Source: Gemmatimonadales bacterium | GTDB lineage: Bacteria > Gemmatimonadota > Gemmatimonadetes > Gemmatimonadales > GWC2-71-9 | Assembly (NCBI GenBank): GCA_036500345.1 | Contig: DASYCE010000031.1 | Span: 98,728-162,727, forward strand | Direction of reading: 5' to 3' | Length of the DNA stretch: 64,000 nt | Shown here: piece after piece, positions 1-10,100 of the stretch | Numbering within the stretch: the first letter of the stretch is position 1 | Layout: each line of letters starts with the position of its first letter | Position numbers and translations under genes: made by a program | The notes under the pieces: generated by a model | Told to the model about the DNA's origin: nothing | Seen by the model: the letters and a program-made list of their open reading frames with translations, nothing else | Database searches by the model: none

Positions 1-2787
1 CCGTCGATCGTGATCTCACAGATCTACGGCGGCGGCGGAAACTCGGGGGCCACGCTCACCAATGATTTCATCGAGATCTTCAATCCCGGTGCGGCGACGG
101 TCACCATCGACGGGTGGAGTGTGCAGTACGCTTCCGCGGCAGGAACGTCGTGGCAGGTCACCAACATCGTCTCCGGGTCGATCCCGGCGGGCGGCTACTT
201 CCTGGTGCAGGAGTCGAAGGGCGCCAACGGGACCCAGGCGCTTCCGACGCCCGACGTGAGCGGAACGATCGCGATGAGCGCGACGGCGGGTAAGGTCGCA
301 GTCGTCTCGTCGACGACGGCACTCACCGGCGCATGTCCGACGACGGCGATTGATCTGGTCTCGTTCGGCACGACTGCGAGCAACTGCGGCGCCAACACCA
401 CGGCGACCTTGACCAACACCACTGCGGCGTTCCGCGGCAACAGCGGCTGCGCCTACACGCAGGATCTTTCCGTCGATTTCACCACCGGCGCCCCGGCACC
501 GCGCAACAGTGCATCACCGGTAAATATCTGTCCCGACCAGGTTCCGGTTGGCCCACTCGATCATGTCAAGCTCACCGGACCGACGACCGTCGCTCCCGGC
601 GCCACGATCCAGCTGGTGGCAACGCCGCAGGATGTCAACAATCAGACCGTGACCACCGCGACGGTGGCCTGGGGGACAAGCGATGGGACGATCGCCACGG
701 TCAACCAAAGCGGTAACGTCACCGGCGTCGCAGCCAACGTGAATCCGGCGACAATCACTGCGACGGCAACCGACAACGGAATCACCAGGTTCGCGACGCT
801 GGGAGTCACCGTGGCAACGCCGGGAATCGGCTTCATCGACGTCAGCAGTTCGTCGACATCGTTCCCGCCAGGTTTCCAGACCCAGCTCTTCGCCACCGCG
901 CGCGTGTCGTCCGGCGGCACAGTGGTACCGGCGACCTTCACCTTCACCGCCGTCGATCCGACGCTCGCCACGATTGCCACCGTCGAAGGGACCGGCATCA
1001 TCAGCGGCGTCGCAGCACCAGCTGACGGCACGACGCGCCCCGGCTTCATGATCACCGCGACGCCAACCGGCGGCGGCACGCCATTCTCGTTCACCACTCA
1101 TTCGATCGCCATCGAGACGCCGCACCCGGCGCCGCTGTCGATCTACGCCACCAACGACGAATTCGGCGATCCGACTGCGGCATCGGCGAGCACACCCGAC
1201 GACTTCCTCATCACCCGACCGCAATACACCATCTCGTACAACCAGTCGCGCGGCACGCCGAACTGGGTATCGTATGAACTCGATGCGCGGCAGATGGTGG
1301 CGGGGCAGGATCGCTGCAACTGCTTCACCGCCGATCCGCTCCTCCCGGTTGCGAAGCAGATCCTCACGTCGGACTATACCAACGGCGGCTTCGATCGCGG
1401 GCACATGACGCGCTCCGCCGACCGCACTGCCGGCAACACCGACAACGCGGCGACGTTCTATCTCACCAACGTCGTGCCACAGACCGCCGACCTGAACGAA
1501 GGAGTCTGGGCGCAGTTCGAGGACGCGATCGCCGATTCCGCCGAAGCGGGGCGCGCGGTCTATATCATCACCGGCCCGATCTTCTCGCCCGGCCACTCGC
1601 TCACCTTCCTCAAGGGCGAAGGGAAAGTCGCGATCCCCGACAGCACCTGGAAGGTGGTCCTGATCGGTCCCCGGCCGAACGGCGTGCCATTCACGCACGG
1701 CAGCATCCAGACCTGGGATAACGTCGCCGGGCTCACGATTCTGGCGGTCAACATGCCGAACATCGCCGGCGTTCGCAGCGACCCGTGGCAGAAGTACCTG
1801 ACCACCGTCGACAGGATCGAAGCGTCAACCGGGCAGAACTATCTCTCGCTGCTCGGCCAACCGTTCCAGGACGCGCTCGAAGCCGGCGATCACGCACCGG
1901 TCGCGGCGTTCTCGGCCACCGGAACTCGCAACGAAGGTTCCTCGCTCACCTTCGACGCCTCCGCGAGCACCGATCCCGATCTTGGCCGCACCGACCTCGG
2001 ACGGACCGAAGCGCTCACGTATCTGTGGGCCTTCGGCGACGGATCGACCGCGAGCGGGAAGGTTGTCAACAAGGCGTATGCCGACAACGGTTCGTACACC
2101 GCCACGCTCACGGTGAGCGACGCATTCGGGTGGCAAAAGAGCACCGCGCAGACGATCGTGATCGCGAACGTGACGCCGACGGTCACCCTCGCTGCGACGA
2201 CGCCCCTCTCGATTCTCTCGGGCGATGCGGTGAGTGTCAGCGGTGGCTTCGCCGATCCCGGCGCCGACGCGCCGTGGCACGCGGTGCTCGACTGGGCCAA
2301 TGGCACGACGATACCGTCGACACTCTCGGCAGCGGGCGCGGCGGTCGTAACCGGAACGTCGACCTTCGACGCCATCGGCAGTCACACCATCACTCTCTCG
2401 GTCACGGACAAGGACGGCGCCACCGGCTCGCAAGGCGTCACCGTGACGGTGGCACGCCGCCCCGTCACCGCCGATGCCACCCCGTCGTCATTCGACATCA
2501 CTGATCCCGGCAATGGCGACATCAAGATCACGCTGCATTCCGACAGTCACGTCGACGTGTCGACGCTGAATCTTTCGTCGGTGATGATCGGGTCGGTTGG
2601 GCTGGGCGGGAAGAAGGTCAAGGTGCACTCCGAACCGCACGACGCCGGGACGATCGTGTTGCGGTTCGCGCGGAAGGATCTGGTCGATGCCGGCGTGGTG
2701 ACGAGCAGCACCACCGAGCTGGTCGTCACTGGAACGTTGAGCAACGGGATCGAGATCGTCTCACACGTTCCATTCGGCGCGGAATGA
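1..2787 (+). CDS. Secreted multidomain DNA/RNA non-specific endonuclease (lamin-tail-like domain, Big_2 Ig-like repeats, NUC beta-beta-alpha-Me nuclease, PKD repeats); 5' end probably cut by the window edge
   Basis: ORF 10..2787 begins at an internal GTG and the frame stays open to nt 1. N-terminal DFIEIFNPGAATVTIDGWSVQY is LTD-like. Big_2-like segments are present (PGATIQLVATPQD...VAWGTSDGTIATV). GFDRGHMTRSADR plus FYLTNVVPQ matches the Serratia NucA-family DRGH/Asn metal site. C-terminal FDASASTDPD...YLWAFGDGSTASG...YTATLTVSD is a PKD signature. Confidence 0.8.
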   Translation, partial: PSIVISQIYGGGGNSGATLTNDFIEIFNPGAATVTIDGWSVQYASAAGTSWQVTNIVSGSIPAGGYFLVQESKGANGTQALPTPDVSGTIAMSATAGKVAVVSSTTALTGACPTTAIDLVSFGTTASNCGANTTATLTNTTAAFRGNSGCAYTQDLSVDFTTGAPAPRNSASPVNICPDQVPVGPLDHVKLTGPTTVAPGATIQLVATPQDVNNQTVTTATVAWGTSDGTIATVNQSGNVTGVAANVNPATITATATDNGITRFATLGVTVATPGIGFIDVSSSSTSFPPGFQTQLFATARVSSGGTVVPATFTFTAVDPTLATIATVEGTGIISGVAAPADGTTRPGFMITATPTGGGTPFSFTTHSIAIETPHPAPLSIYATNDEFGDPTAASASTPDDFLITRPQYTISYNQSRGTPNWVSYELDARQMVAGQDRCNCFTADPLLPVAKQILTSDYTNGGFDRGHMTRSADRTAGNTDNAATFYLTNVVPQTADLNEGVWAQFEDAIADSAEAGRAVYIITGPIFSPGHSLTFLKGEGKVAIPDSTWKVVLIGPRPNGVPFTHGSIQTWDNVAGLTILAVNMPNIAGVRSDPWQKYLTTVDRIEASTGQNYLSLLGQPFQDALEAGDHAPVAAFSATGTRNEGSSLTFDASASTDPDLGRTDLGRTEALTYLWAFGDGSTASGKVVNKAYADNGSYTATLTVSDAFGWQKSTAQTIVIANVTPTVTLAATTPLSILSGDAVSVSGGFADPGADAPWHAVLDWANGTTIPSTLSAAGAAVVTGTSTFDAIGSHTITLSVTDKDGATGSQGVTVTVARRPVTADATPSSFDITDPGNGDIKITLHSDSHVDVSTLNLSSVMIGSVGLGGKKVKVHSEPHDAGTIVLRFARKDLVDAGVVTSSTTELVVTGTLSNGIEIVSHVPFGAE

Positions 2788-2833
2788 CGCACCGCGCGAT
2801 TGCTGGTGGCCCCGCCGCCGCTAGCTTTCGCGC

Positions 2834-3388
2834 ATGCGGAAAGCAGTTCTTGCAGCCCTGATCCCGTTCGCCTTCTCTCCCGCCGCGCGCGCGCAGCGCT
2901 CGGTGGGGGTGCAAGGAAGCACTCCACCCGCCGCGGCGTCGGCGTGCCGGGGAACGTTGACGGGAACCGTCCCGACGCCGTTCACCTGCACCGCCGCCTT
3001 CGCGCCGCGCCCCGGCATGCCGATTGGTGCTATCGTGTTCAATGGTACAGTGGAAGACACCAGGCGCCCGGTGATGATTTCGGTGAGCGTCCTCTTTGGC
3101 GAACAGCTCAAGGAGGGGAGTTACACCGAGGCATCGACCACGGCGGTGCGGTCGTTCTCGATCATGGCCGCTGAAGGAACGCGTCCCGCGTCGGCGTGGG
3201 TCGGGGCGTCGGGAACGGGTGATGTTCCTGCAGCCGGGAAGTTCGAGCTCAATATCTCCTCGCTCCTCCAGGAGACCTCACCGCAAGGACGCCCCGAGTA
3301 CATCGCGCACGGGACGCTGGTCGCGACCCTCCCTGCGGCGCCGGCGAGCGCCAGTCACAATCGCGCGACGCTCAAGATCACTTTCTGA
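2834..3388 (+). CDS. Hypothetical secreted protein
   Basis: 184-aa ORF with signal-like N-terminus MRKAVLAALIPFAFSPAARAQ. No recognisable domain. Competing ORFs in other frames are Arg/Pro-rich high-GC artefacts. Confidence 0.5.
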   Translation: MRKAVLAALIPFAFSPAARAQRSVGVQGSTPPAAASACRGTLTGTVPTPFTCTAAFAPRPGMPIGAIVFNGTVEDTRRPVMISVSVLFGEQLKEGSYTEASTTAVRSFSIMAAEGTRPASAWVGASGTGDVPAAGKFELNISSLLQETSPQGRPEYIAHGTLVATLPAAPASASHNRATLKITF

Positions 3389-4376
3389 ACGGCTTCGGGG
3401 CACCGTCGGTGTAGGGAGCGTGGGCGTCGCGGCCGGGCGGCGTGCCCGGGAGCTGGCCCGTCAGCGTGACGTTCCCATTCAATGCAACGAGCTTGATCTG
3501 CGGCCCACCGCCATTCAGGACCCGATGTTCGGTTCGCGACGCACTATCTCGCGGCGGCGTGAAGTAGTTCGCGCGCGACGGTACCCCGTCGATGTTCGCG
3601 ACATCAAAGCCGCCGGTCTTCGACGTTGTGAGGGAAGCCCAGGCATCGAGGACCTGGCCCCGATGCGCTTCAGCATCAATGGTGGCCTTGGTGTCGGCCG
3701 GAAATGCGAGCTGGACATTCCCGTTGCGGGCGAGAACGTTCACTGGTGACCTGAGCACGAACGCCGGATCCGACTGTGACGTACCGAGCGAAATCCACAC
3801 CTGACCGTCCCGGTTTTCAATGAGCGTCGGCCCGGTCGCCTGAAAGACTGACACCCGGCCTTTCTTCATCGTGATGGTCAGCCCACCGGCAAAACGCTGG
3901 ACCGCGACGCTTCCGTCCGCAGCGTCGATCTGCAACTCGGCGAGATCCGCCGGAATCGCGACCACCAGGTCGGTGTGATGCTCATGCGCGATCGAATCCG
4001 GGATGTCGAGACGAAGTTCGAATGCTCCGGGACCGCGTTCAGCAGTTATCCAGGTCAATGGCGAAGCTGTTGATCCAAACTGCCACGTCCATGGCAGCGT
4101 CGAACTGAACCACTCGATTGAATCGTTCAGCGCGGCGATAACCCGGATTGAAGCCCCGGTCGTCGATACCCGGAGTGCCTGATTCGGAGCGGAGTGTCGA
4201 GGCACTCCGCTCACGCGGGCGTGAGCCATGTCGGCCAGGCACCTGATGTCCACGGAATCGCCAGTACAGCGCCGGACCGGACCGGCCAGCCCTTGCACCA
4301 ATTGACCGTTTCCACGGTGCGCCATCAGCGCCATCGTCGACGCGCCGACAACCGCCACGAACGCATTCCCTCGCAT
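3378..4376 (-). CDS. DUF4097-like beta-strand-repeat protein (putative adhesin-like), last gene of the ECF sigma operon
   Basis: ORF-track entry 3378..4832 trimmed to internal ATG at 4376 (MRGNAFVAVVGASTMALMA, signal-like). The upstream 152 codons are Arg/Gly/Ala junk that overlaps the anti-sigma gene. Repetitive motifs of the type GRVSV, NGNVQLAF, NGNVTLTG are typical of DUF4097. Confidence 0.6.
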   Translation of the reverse strand: MRGNAFVAVVGASTMALMAHRGNGQLVQGLAGPVRRCTGDSVDIRCLADMAHARVSGVPRHSAPNQALRVSTTGASIRVIAALNDSIEWFSSTLPWTWQFGSTASPLTWITAERGPGAFELRLDIPDSIAHEHHTDLVVAIPADLAELQIDAADGSVAVQRFAGGLTITMKKGRVSVFQATGPTLIENRDGQVWISLGTSQSDPAFVLRSPVNVLARNGNVQLAFPADTKATIDAEAHRGQVLDAWASLTTSKTGGFDVANIDGVPSRANYFTPPRDSASRTEHRVLNGGGPQIKLVALNGNVTLTGQLPGTPPGRDAHAPYTDGAPKPFRK

Positions 4377-4408
4377 GATCCGCCGCCCTTCCCTGTAGGT
4401 CTGTCGCT

Positions 4409-5032
4409 TCAAAACCCCGCCACCTGCTGCGCCTCGAGCCGCACCGTCGAATCGAGATCGCGCCGGCCGAGAAATCGCTCCACGATTCGCGCACGCACCG
4501 CCGCGTTGAGCCGCTGCACGCTCCGCAGCATCTCTGTCTGCACGAACGGCGATCGCTCCGCGCCGAATGACCGCCGCGCCGCCTCGGCGAGCGCCGCCGG
4601 CGTCGCGATCCGCCCCAGCGCCGCCGCCGCCGCCACGCGCACGTTGGTGTTCGAATCCGCGAGCAGCGCATGAATCAGCGCGGTGACGACCGAGTCGTCT
4701 CCCAGCTTCGAATTCCCGGCATTGTTCACCGCCTCGAACCGTCCCGGCGCCGGCAGCGTCGCCAGCGCCTTGGAGAGCTCCGCCCGCAGCGCGGCAATCT
4801 CCCCTTCCCGCCGGTTCCGGTCGATCCACCACCCCGCCACCACCGCGACGAAGAGCGCCGCAGCCATCGAGACGATGATCCAGTTGCCGATCGACCGCCG
4901 GGTCCCTGACTCTGCCGCCAATCGCCGATGGAACTCCGCGGCCAGCCCCGGCGTCACCGGGAGCGGTGGCAGATCGTGCAGCGCGTCGAGGAGCTGCTGG
5001 TCGCTCTCCGACAGGAATGATTCGTCAGTCAT
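4409..5032 (-). CDS. Anti-sigma factor, single-pass membrane protein with HEAT-repeat-like periplasmic domain
   Basis: Trimmed to ATG at 5032 (MTDESFLSESDQQLL), which forms an ATGA overlap with the sigma-factor stop (5029..5031). One TM segment (IGNWIIVSMAAALFVAVVAGWWI). C-terminal DSNTNVRVAAAAALGRI is HEAT-like. Position immediately downstream of an ECF sigma gene. Confidence 0.6.
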   Translation of the reverse strand: MTDESFLSESDQQLLDALHDLPPLPVTPGLAAEFHRRLAAESGTRRSIGNWIIVSMAAALFVAVVAGWWIDRNRREGEIAALRAELSKALATLPAPGRFEAVNNAGNSKLGDDSVVTALIHALLADSNTNVRVAAAAALGRIATPAALAEAARRSFGAERSPFVQTEMLRSVQRLNAAVRARIVERFLGRRDLDSTVRLEAQQVAGF

Positions 5033-5583
5033 CGTGTGTCTCCTGCGAGCGTTGCCCACTCGCGTTTGAGCGCCCTGAGCGCGCGGTGGACGCGGACCCG
5101 TGCCGCCCCCTCGCTGCACCCCAGGGCAAGCGCCAGATCGCGATGCGACAACCCCTCCATTCCGCGGAGGAGGAGGACTTCGCGATGGGCAAAAGGGAGC
5201 GCCGCGAGGGCGCGATCGAGCTGTTGCCGGTCTTCGCCGACGATCAGCGTATCAAGCGCCGACGGATTGTCGTCGGCCCAGTCATCAGGCTCCGGCGAGG
5301 TCGGCTTCTGGCGGCGGAAATGGGTCGCCGCCGTGTTGCGGGCGATCCGGAAGAGCCAGGCGAGGAAGTCCCGCGACGGGTCGAAGCGAGACCGGTACTT
5401 GAGGATCCGGAGGAAGACTTCCTGGACCAGGTCGTCGGCGGCATCCCGGTCGCCGGTGAGCCTGGCGAGGAACGAATGGACTCGGGGGTGATGCCGGACG
5501 AAGAGCGCCTCCAGGGCGATGGTCTTCCCGCCCTGCAGCTCCCGCATCAGATCGCGATCCGATTCCTCTACCAATGCCGTCAT
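5029..5583 (-). CDS. ECF-type RNA polymerase sigma factor (sigma-70 family, group 4)
   Basis: 184 aa. Region 2 DDLVQEVFLRILKYRSRFD...FLAWLFRIARNTA and region 4 REVLLLRGMEGLSHRDLALALGCSEGAARVRVHRALRAL. Confidence 0.9.
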   Translation of the reverse strand: MTALVEESDRDLMRELQGGKTIALEALFVRHHPRVHSFLARLTGDRDAADDLVQEVFLRILKYRSRFDPSRDFLAWLFRIARNTAATHFRRQKPTSPEPDDWADDNPSALDTLIVGEDRQQLDRALAALPFAHREVLLLRGMEGLSHRDLALALGCSEGAARVRVHRALRALKREWATLAGDTR

Positions 5584-5617
5584 CGCCGGTGCACACCGAA
5601 CCTATGTCCGGATTGTT

Positions 5618-5645
5618 ACCACGCGCGCTCTGTGGAAAAGTTCGA
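5618..5645 (-). promoter_or_regulatory. Candidate ECF-type autoregulated promoter (minus strand GAAC-N16-CGT)
   Basis: The minus strand reads TCGAAC TTTTCCACAGAGCGCG CGTGG. GAAC corresponds to plus 5640..5643 and CGT to plus 5621..5623, about 38 nt upstream of the sigma ATG at 5583. Pattern match only. Confidence 0.25.
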
Positions 5646-5859
5646 ACGCACCTGTGAGCGTGATTTTAGCGGTGTGGACAAACGCTGCAATCGATCGAAG
5701 CCACCATGAAGTCGCTTCGATATCACCTGATCCAACCTACACGGCACCAATATCTTACGACGCTATCGCCGGCAGGCCACTTCATGTAAAGGATGAGCGT
5801 TTTTCAACACTCGCGGCCATGTTGGGGACGTTGGTCCTTGTTGGAAAACCCGATCGCTC

Positions 5860-7173
5860 TCAGACCTTCCTGCCGATGATCCCTTCCAGCTGCGCCTTCG
5901 CCAATAGATAGGAGTACCTCGCCTGCACCGCAGCCCCCTGCGCCGAGAGGAGTTGCTGCTGCGCGGTGAGAACATCGGTGATCGTCGAGACGCCGGTCCG
6001 GTACTGGTCGGTCGCGATCCGGAGGTTGAGCTCCCCGGTAGTAACCGACGCCTGGGTGACAGCGATCGTCTCTTCAGCGGTCGACAGCGCCGCGAAGACC
6101 TGGTTGACCTGCGCCGCGAGGAAGTTCCGTTGGTCGGCAAGTTCCACTTCGGCGTCGGTCACCTCGATCGACGCCTCTTCCACCTGGGTCTCACGCTGGA
6201 GCGAAGTCCAGGGACTGAAGGAGAAGCCGAGGTTAAGGCTCCGGCGCGGCGTGAGGGTGAAATTGTTTTCCTGGTTCGCCGTCCAGTTGTCGCCGGCCGA
6301 GACCGCGATCGTCGGGAAATAGGTCGACTTCGCTGATTTGTACGCCTCATGCGCCGCGGTCACGTTCGCGGCGAGGCTCCTGAGGCTCGGCGCCGACGCC
6401 ATCACCTCAAGGCGCACGGCGGCGGTGTCGACCGGAGGGGGAAGGCGGTAGAACGTCGAATCATCGAGCGCAGCGACCCGGCCCGGCATCCCGACGAGCC
6501 GCCCGAGATTGCTCTCCCCGTTCACCAGATTCGACTGCGCCTGCAGGACGCCGAGCTTCGACTGGAGGTAGGTCCCCTGCGCCGTGAGCGAATCGGAGAG
6601 CCGCCCCGATCCCGCGTGCAGTTTCGCCGTCGCCAGCTTGAGCTGCGCCTCGGCCGATGCCACGTTGCTCTGCGCCACGACCACCAGCTGCTGGTCGGCA
6701 AGTGCAGCGAAGAACGCCTGCGTCGCACCGTAGTCGCTGGCGAAAATCGTGCTGGTGAGCGACGCGTTGGCCGCGGCTTCGAGCGCCCGCTGCCGCCGCA
6801 ACTGATAGGTGCGCATGAACCCATCAAAGATCGTGTATGTCGCGTTGAGCCCGAATGAATAGGAGAAGGTGCTCTGGTTGCCGCTGATCAGCTCCGAGGT
6901 CACCGGGTCGAGGCGTGCCTGTCCCGACGAAAGGAGGAGGTTCGCGCCTGGCGTGAGTGTGAGCGCCGGGATGTACTGCCAGAGCGCGGACCGGGTCTCG
7001 AGTTGGGCGGCCCGTGTTGATCCCTGGGCAGTGACCACGGTTGGCGACGCCGCGCGCGCCAGCCGGATCGCCTGTTCGAGCGTCACCGCCTGGACCGGTT
7101 GCTGCGCATCAACGTGGCCGGCGGCGATCATCCCGAGCAGCACGGCGCCCGCAATTCGTCCTCTCCAACTCAT
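5860..7173 (-). CDS. TolC-family outer membrane efflux protein
   Basis: ORF-track entry 5860..8379 trimmed to ATG at 7173 (MSWRGRIAGAVLLGMIAAGHVDAQQ, signal peptide). This ATG overlaps the RND stop (7173..7175) by 1 nt. Coiled-coil/beta-barrel repeat pattern typical of OMF proteins (TLEQAIRLA..., YRTGVSTITDVLTAQQQLLSAQ). Confidence 0.85.
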   Translation of the reverse strand: MSWRGRIAGAVLLGMIAAGHVDAQQPVQAVTLEQAIRLARAASPTVVTAQGSTRAAQLETRSALWQYIPALTLTPGANLLLSSGQARLDPVTSELISGNQSTFSYSFGLNATYTIFDGFMRTYQLRRQRALEAAANASLTSTIFASDYGATQAFFAALADQQLVVVAQSNVASAEAQLKLATAKLHAGSGRLSDSLTAQGTYLQSKLGVLQAQSNLVNGESNLGRLVGMPGRVAALDDSTFYRLPPPVDTAAVRLEVMASAPSLRSLAANVTAAHEAYKSAKSTYFPTIAVSAGDNWTANQENNFTLTPRRSLNLGFSFSPWTSLQRETQVEEASIEVTDAEVELADQRNFLAAQVNQVFAALSTAEETIAVTQASVTTGELNLRIATDQYRTGVSTITDVLTAQQQLLSAQGAAVQARYSYLLAKAQLEGIIGRKV

Positions 7174-10100
7174 CAAGCGCTCCTCCTCGCGTTCGACCGC
7201 GCCAATCCCATCAGCATCGCCGGCATGACGAACATCACTCCGAGCGTGCCGGCAATCGTTCCGCCTGCGGTCGCGAGCGCGATCGCTCCGAAGATCGAAT
7301 CGGACTTGGTGCCGACCGCCATCGGAATCAGCGACGCCAGCGTCGTCAGCGTCACCAGCACGATCATCGTGACGCGATCGGTCGCGGCGTGGAGCGCGTC
7401 GCCGAAGGTGAGCCACGTTCCACTGCGGCGCGATTGCAGCGCGGCGTCGATCAGGAGGATCGAATGATTGACCGCGAGCCCGACGACGAGGATCACGCCG
7501 ACCGCCGCCTGCCTGGTGAACGCCGTATGGGTGAACCAGAACGCCGCGATCACTCCGCCGAGCGCCATCGGCAGCGCCAGGAGGACCATAGCCGCCGCCC
7601 ACACCGAGTTGAAGACGATGGCGACGGCGAGGAGGACCAGGATGATGCCGAGCGCGAAGACCCGGTTGAGCCCCTTGGCGGACTCGTCTGCCTGGTAGTT
7701 GTAGGTCTCGTCGGCGACAGTATATCCCGGCGGCGTGGTGATTGAATTCATGAACGCCTTGTGCACCCGGTCGGCAAGCTTCTGCGGTCCGCGGAAATCG
7801 TAGGTCAGCGTCCGGACGTACTGCTGGTCGCGCCGATCGATCTCCGAAAGTCCCACCACTTCGCCGACGGTGCTCACGTCGCCGATCCGCGTCGGAACGC
7901 CGCGCGGATTCGACACCAGCGCGTCCGACAGCTGCCCGATATCTCGCTCGCTTGCCCCTGCCGCACGGAGCAAGACCTCCACTTCGTCGTCGCCCTCCTG
8001 CAGCGTGGTCGAGCCAGAAATGCCCCTGATCTGCCGTGATACGCTGTTCGAATAGTCCTGCGCCGATGCGCCGATCCGGCCGAGTGCGGTACGGTCGGGG
8101 GCGAGTGATACGCTCACTGCGTGCTCGCTGCCGTACGAATTGCCACCGTTCACGTCGACGTCGCGCACCCGCGGGATCCGCTCGAGTCGCGCCTTGAGGT
8201 CGAGCGCCATCTGCAGCACACCTTCGTACGAGTAGCCGAGGATCGTAATCCGCCGCGACACTGAGCCGCTCCCGCCCGACGAACTGTAGAATCCCGGCCC
8301 TTCCGGCTTCGAGACAGAGACATTGTCCGTACCGCCAACGAGCACCGCACGTTCGGTGAGCTTGTCCGATACCACCCACGGCGCATCCGACGCGCTCCCC
8401 TCTGCGGTGAATTCGACGTTCACATTGCCGTTCCGCCGATTTCCAGTCGACCGGACCAGCGCCACCCCCGGCTGTCCCACCGCATCGGCTTCGAGCTCGG
8501 AGATGATGTGTTCCACCGCCGCAGGATCTGATCCCCGCGGAAAACCGACGCTCGCGGTGATCGTCGTTCTCGGTGCGCCGAAGTCGCGCCCCCAGTCGAC
8601 GCGCGGCACCTTCTTGATGAACCCCCAGGTCAGCACCGCGAGCGCCACGACTGTGAGGCCGAGGGTCAGGTACCTCCAGCGAAGCGTCGCCGCGACCATC
8701 CGTTCGTAGAGCCTGCCGAGACGTGGCCAGCCGAGCGCGCGTCCTTCTTCCCCTCTGCCGACTGCGGGGACGAAGACCAGCGATGTCCCGACCGACCAGA
8801 AGAGCGCCAGCGCAAAGGCGATCGCGAACGGCGCGAACGCGGCGCGCGTGTTTCCCTGCAGATAGAGAAATGGAAGGAGGACGACCGTCGTGGTGAGGGT
8901 CGAACCGAGTACCGCCGGCGCAATCCGCGCACCGGCATCGGCGCGGCCATCGGGTGTGTTCCGTGCCGCACGCAGCCGTTCCACCACCACGAGCCCATTC
9001 TGGACCAGGATGCCGACCCCCATGCCGAGGCCGGCGAGGGTCAGCAGGTTCGCGGGGATGTGCATCAGGTAGAGCGACAGCGCCGCCCCCGCGATGGCGA
9101 CAGCGGCACTTCCGATCACCAGCAGCGCGCGCGGCCCACTCCGGAGGGAGAGCAGCAGGACGAGAAAGACCGACGCAAAGGCGATCGCGCCGCGGGTGAC
9201 CAGGTCGTCGAGTTCGTGGGCGAGATCCTCGCTCTCATCGCTGTTGACCCTGAGCCGCACGCCGGGCGGAACGAGCGCCTTCAGACCCGGAAGCGCTGCG
9301 CGGGCGAGCGCCGCGGTCCTGATCGCATCGGCGCCGGGCTCGCGGTAGAGCGAGATCGACACGGCGGTCTGGCCATTCAGTCGATAGAACTGGCCGTTGG
9401 CATCTTCCTCGGGGCGAATCGCCGCCACCTGTCCCAGCGAGAACGTTCTCCCTCCCGGCGCGATGACTGGAAGGCGCGCCAGGTCCGCGACCAGATGTGG
9501 CTGATCGTGGATCGATACGCTCATCGCGAGCGAACCGCGGCGGATCTCGCCGAGCGCCTGGACCTGCCTGGCGCTCGCCAGCGCAGTGCTCAGCGCGGTC
9601 GGCTGGATGTTGAGCTGATGCAGCAGGGTTGGATCGTACTCGACCGTGATCCGGTTGTCGGCGCCGCCGTTCTCATTCACGCCGGCAATGCCGGGAATGC
9701 TCGACAGCTTCGGTTCGAGAATGTCGCGAACGACGCGCGCCAGCGCCCCAGGCGTGTACGGTCCGACAACGTTCACTTCAAGCAGTGGTTGTTGCTGCAG
9801 ATCTTTCGGTACCCAGTTGGACACCGACACATTCGCCTGCGCCGGAAGGTCCCGCTTCAGCGTCTGGATTCGTTCGAGGATGCCAAGGCGCGCCAGAGTA
9901 ATGTCGGCGCCGGGATCGAGGTCGACGGTGACCGTCGAAGCACCCTCCTCGGAGGTCGACGAGGTACGCCGTACACCACGAACACCCTGGACCACGCCCT
10001 CGATCGGCGCGGTGAGGTACGTCTCGATCAATTCCGGCGAGGCACCCGGGAACGATGCGTTGACCTGCAGCCGAGGGAATTCGATGGTGCTGCGCGTCGC

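Noticed and set aside
5860-8379. The 839-aa minus-strand ORF as a single gene
   Set aside because: Its N-terminal half is an out-of-frame read-through of the RND permease region with junk composition. The TolC-like protein starts at the signal peptide encoded from 7173.
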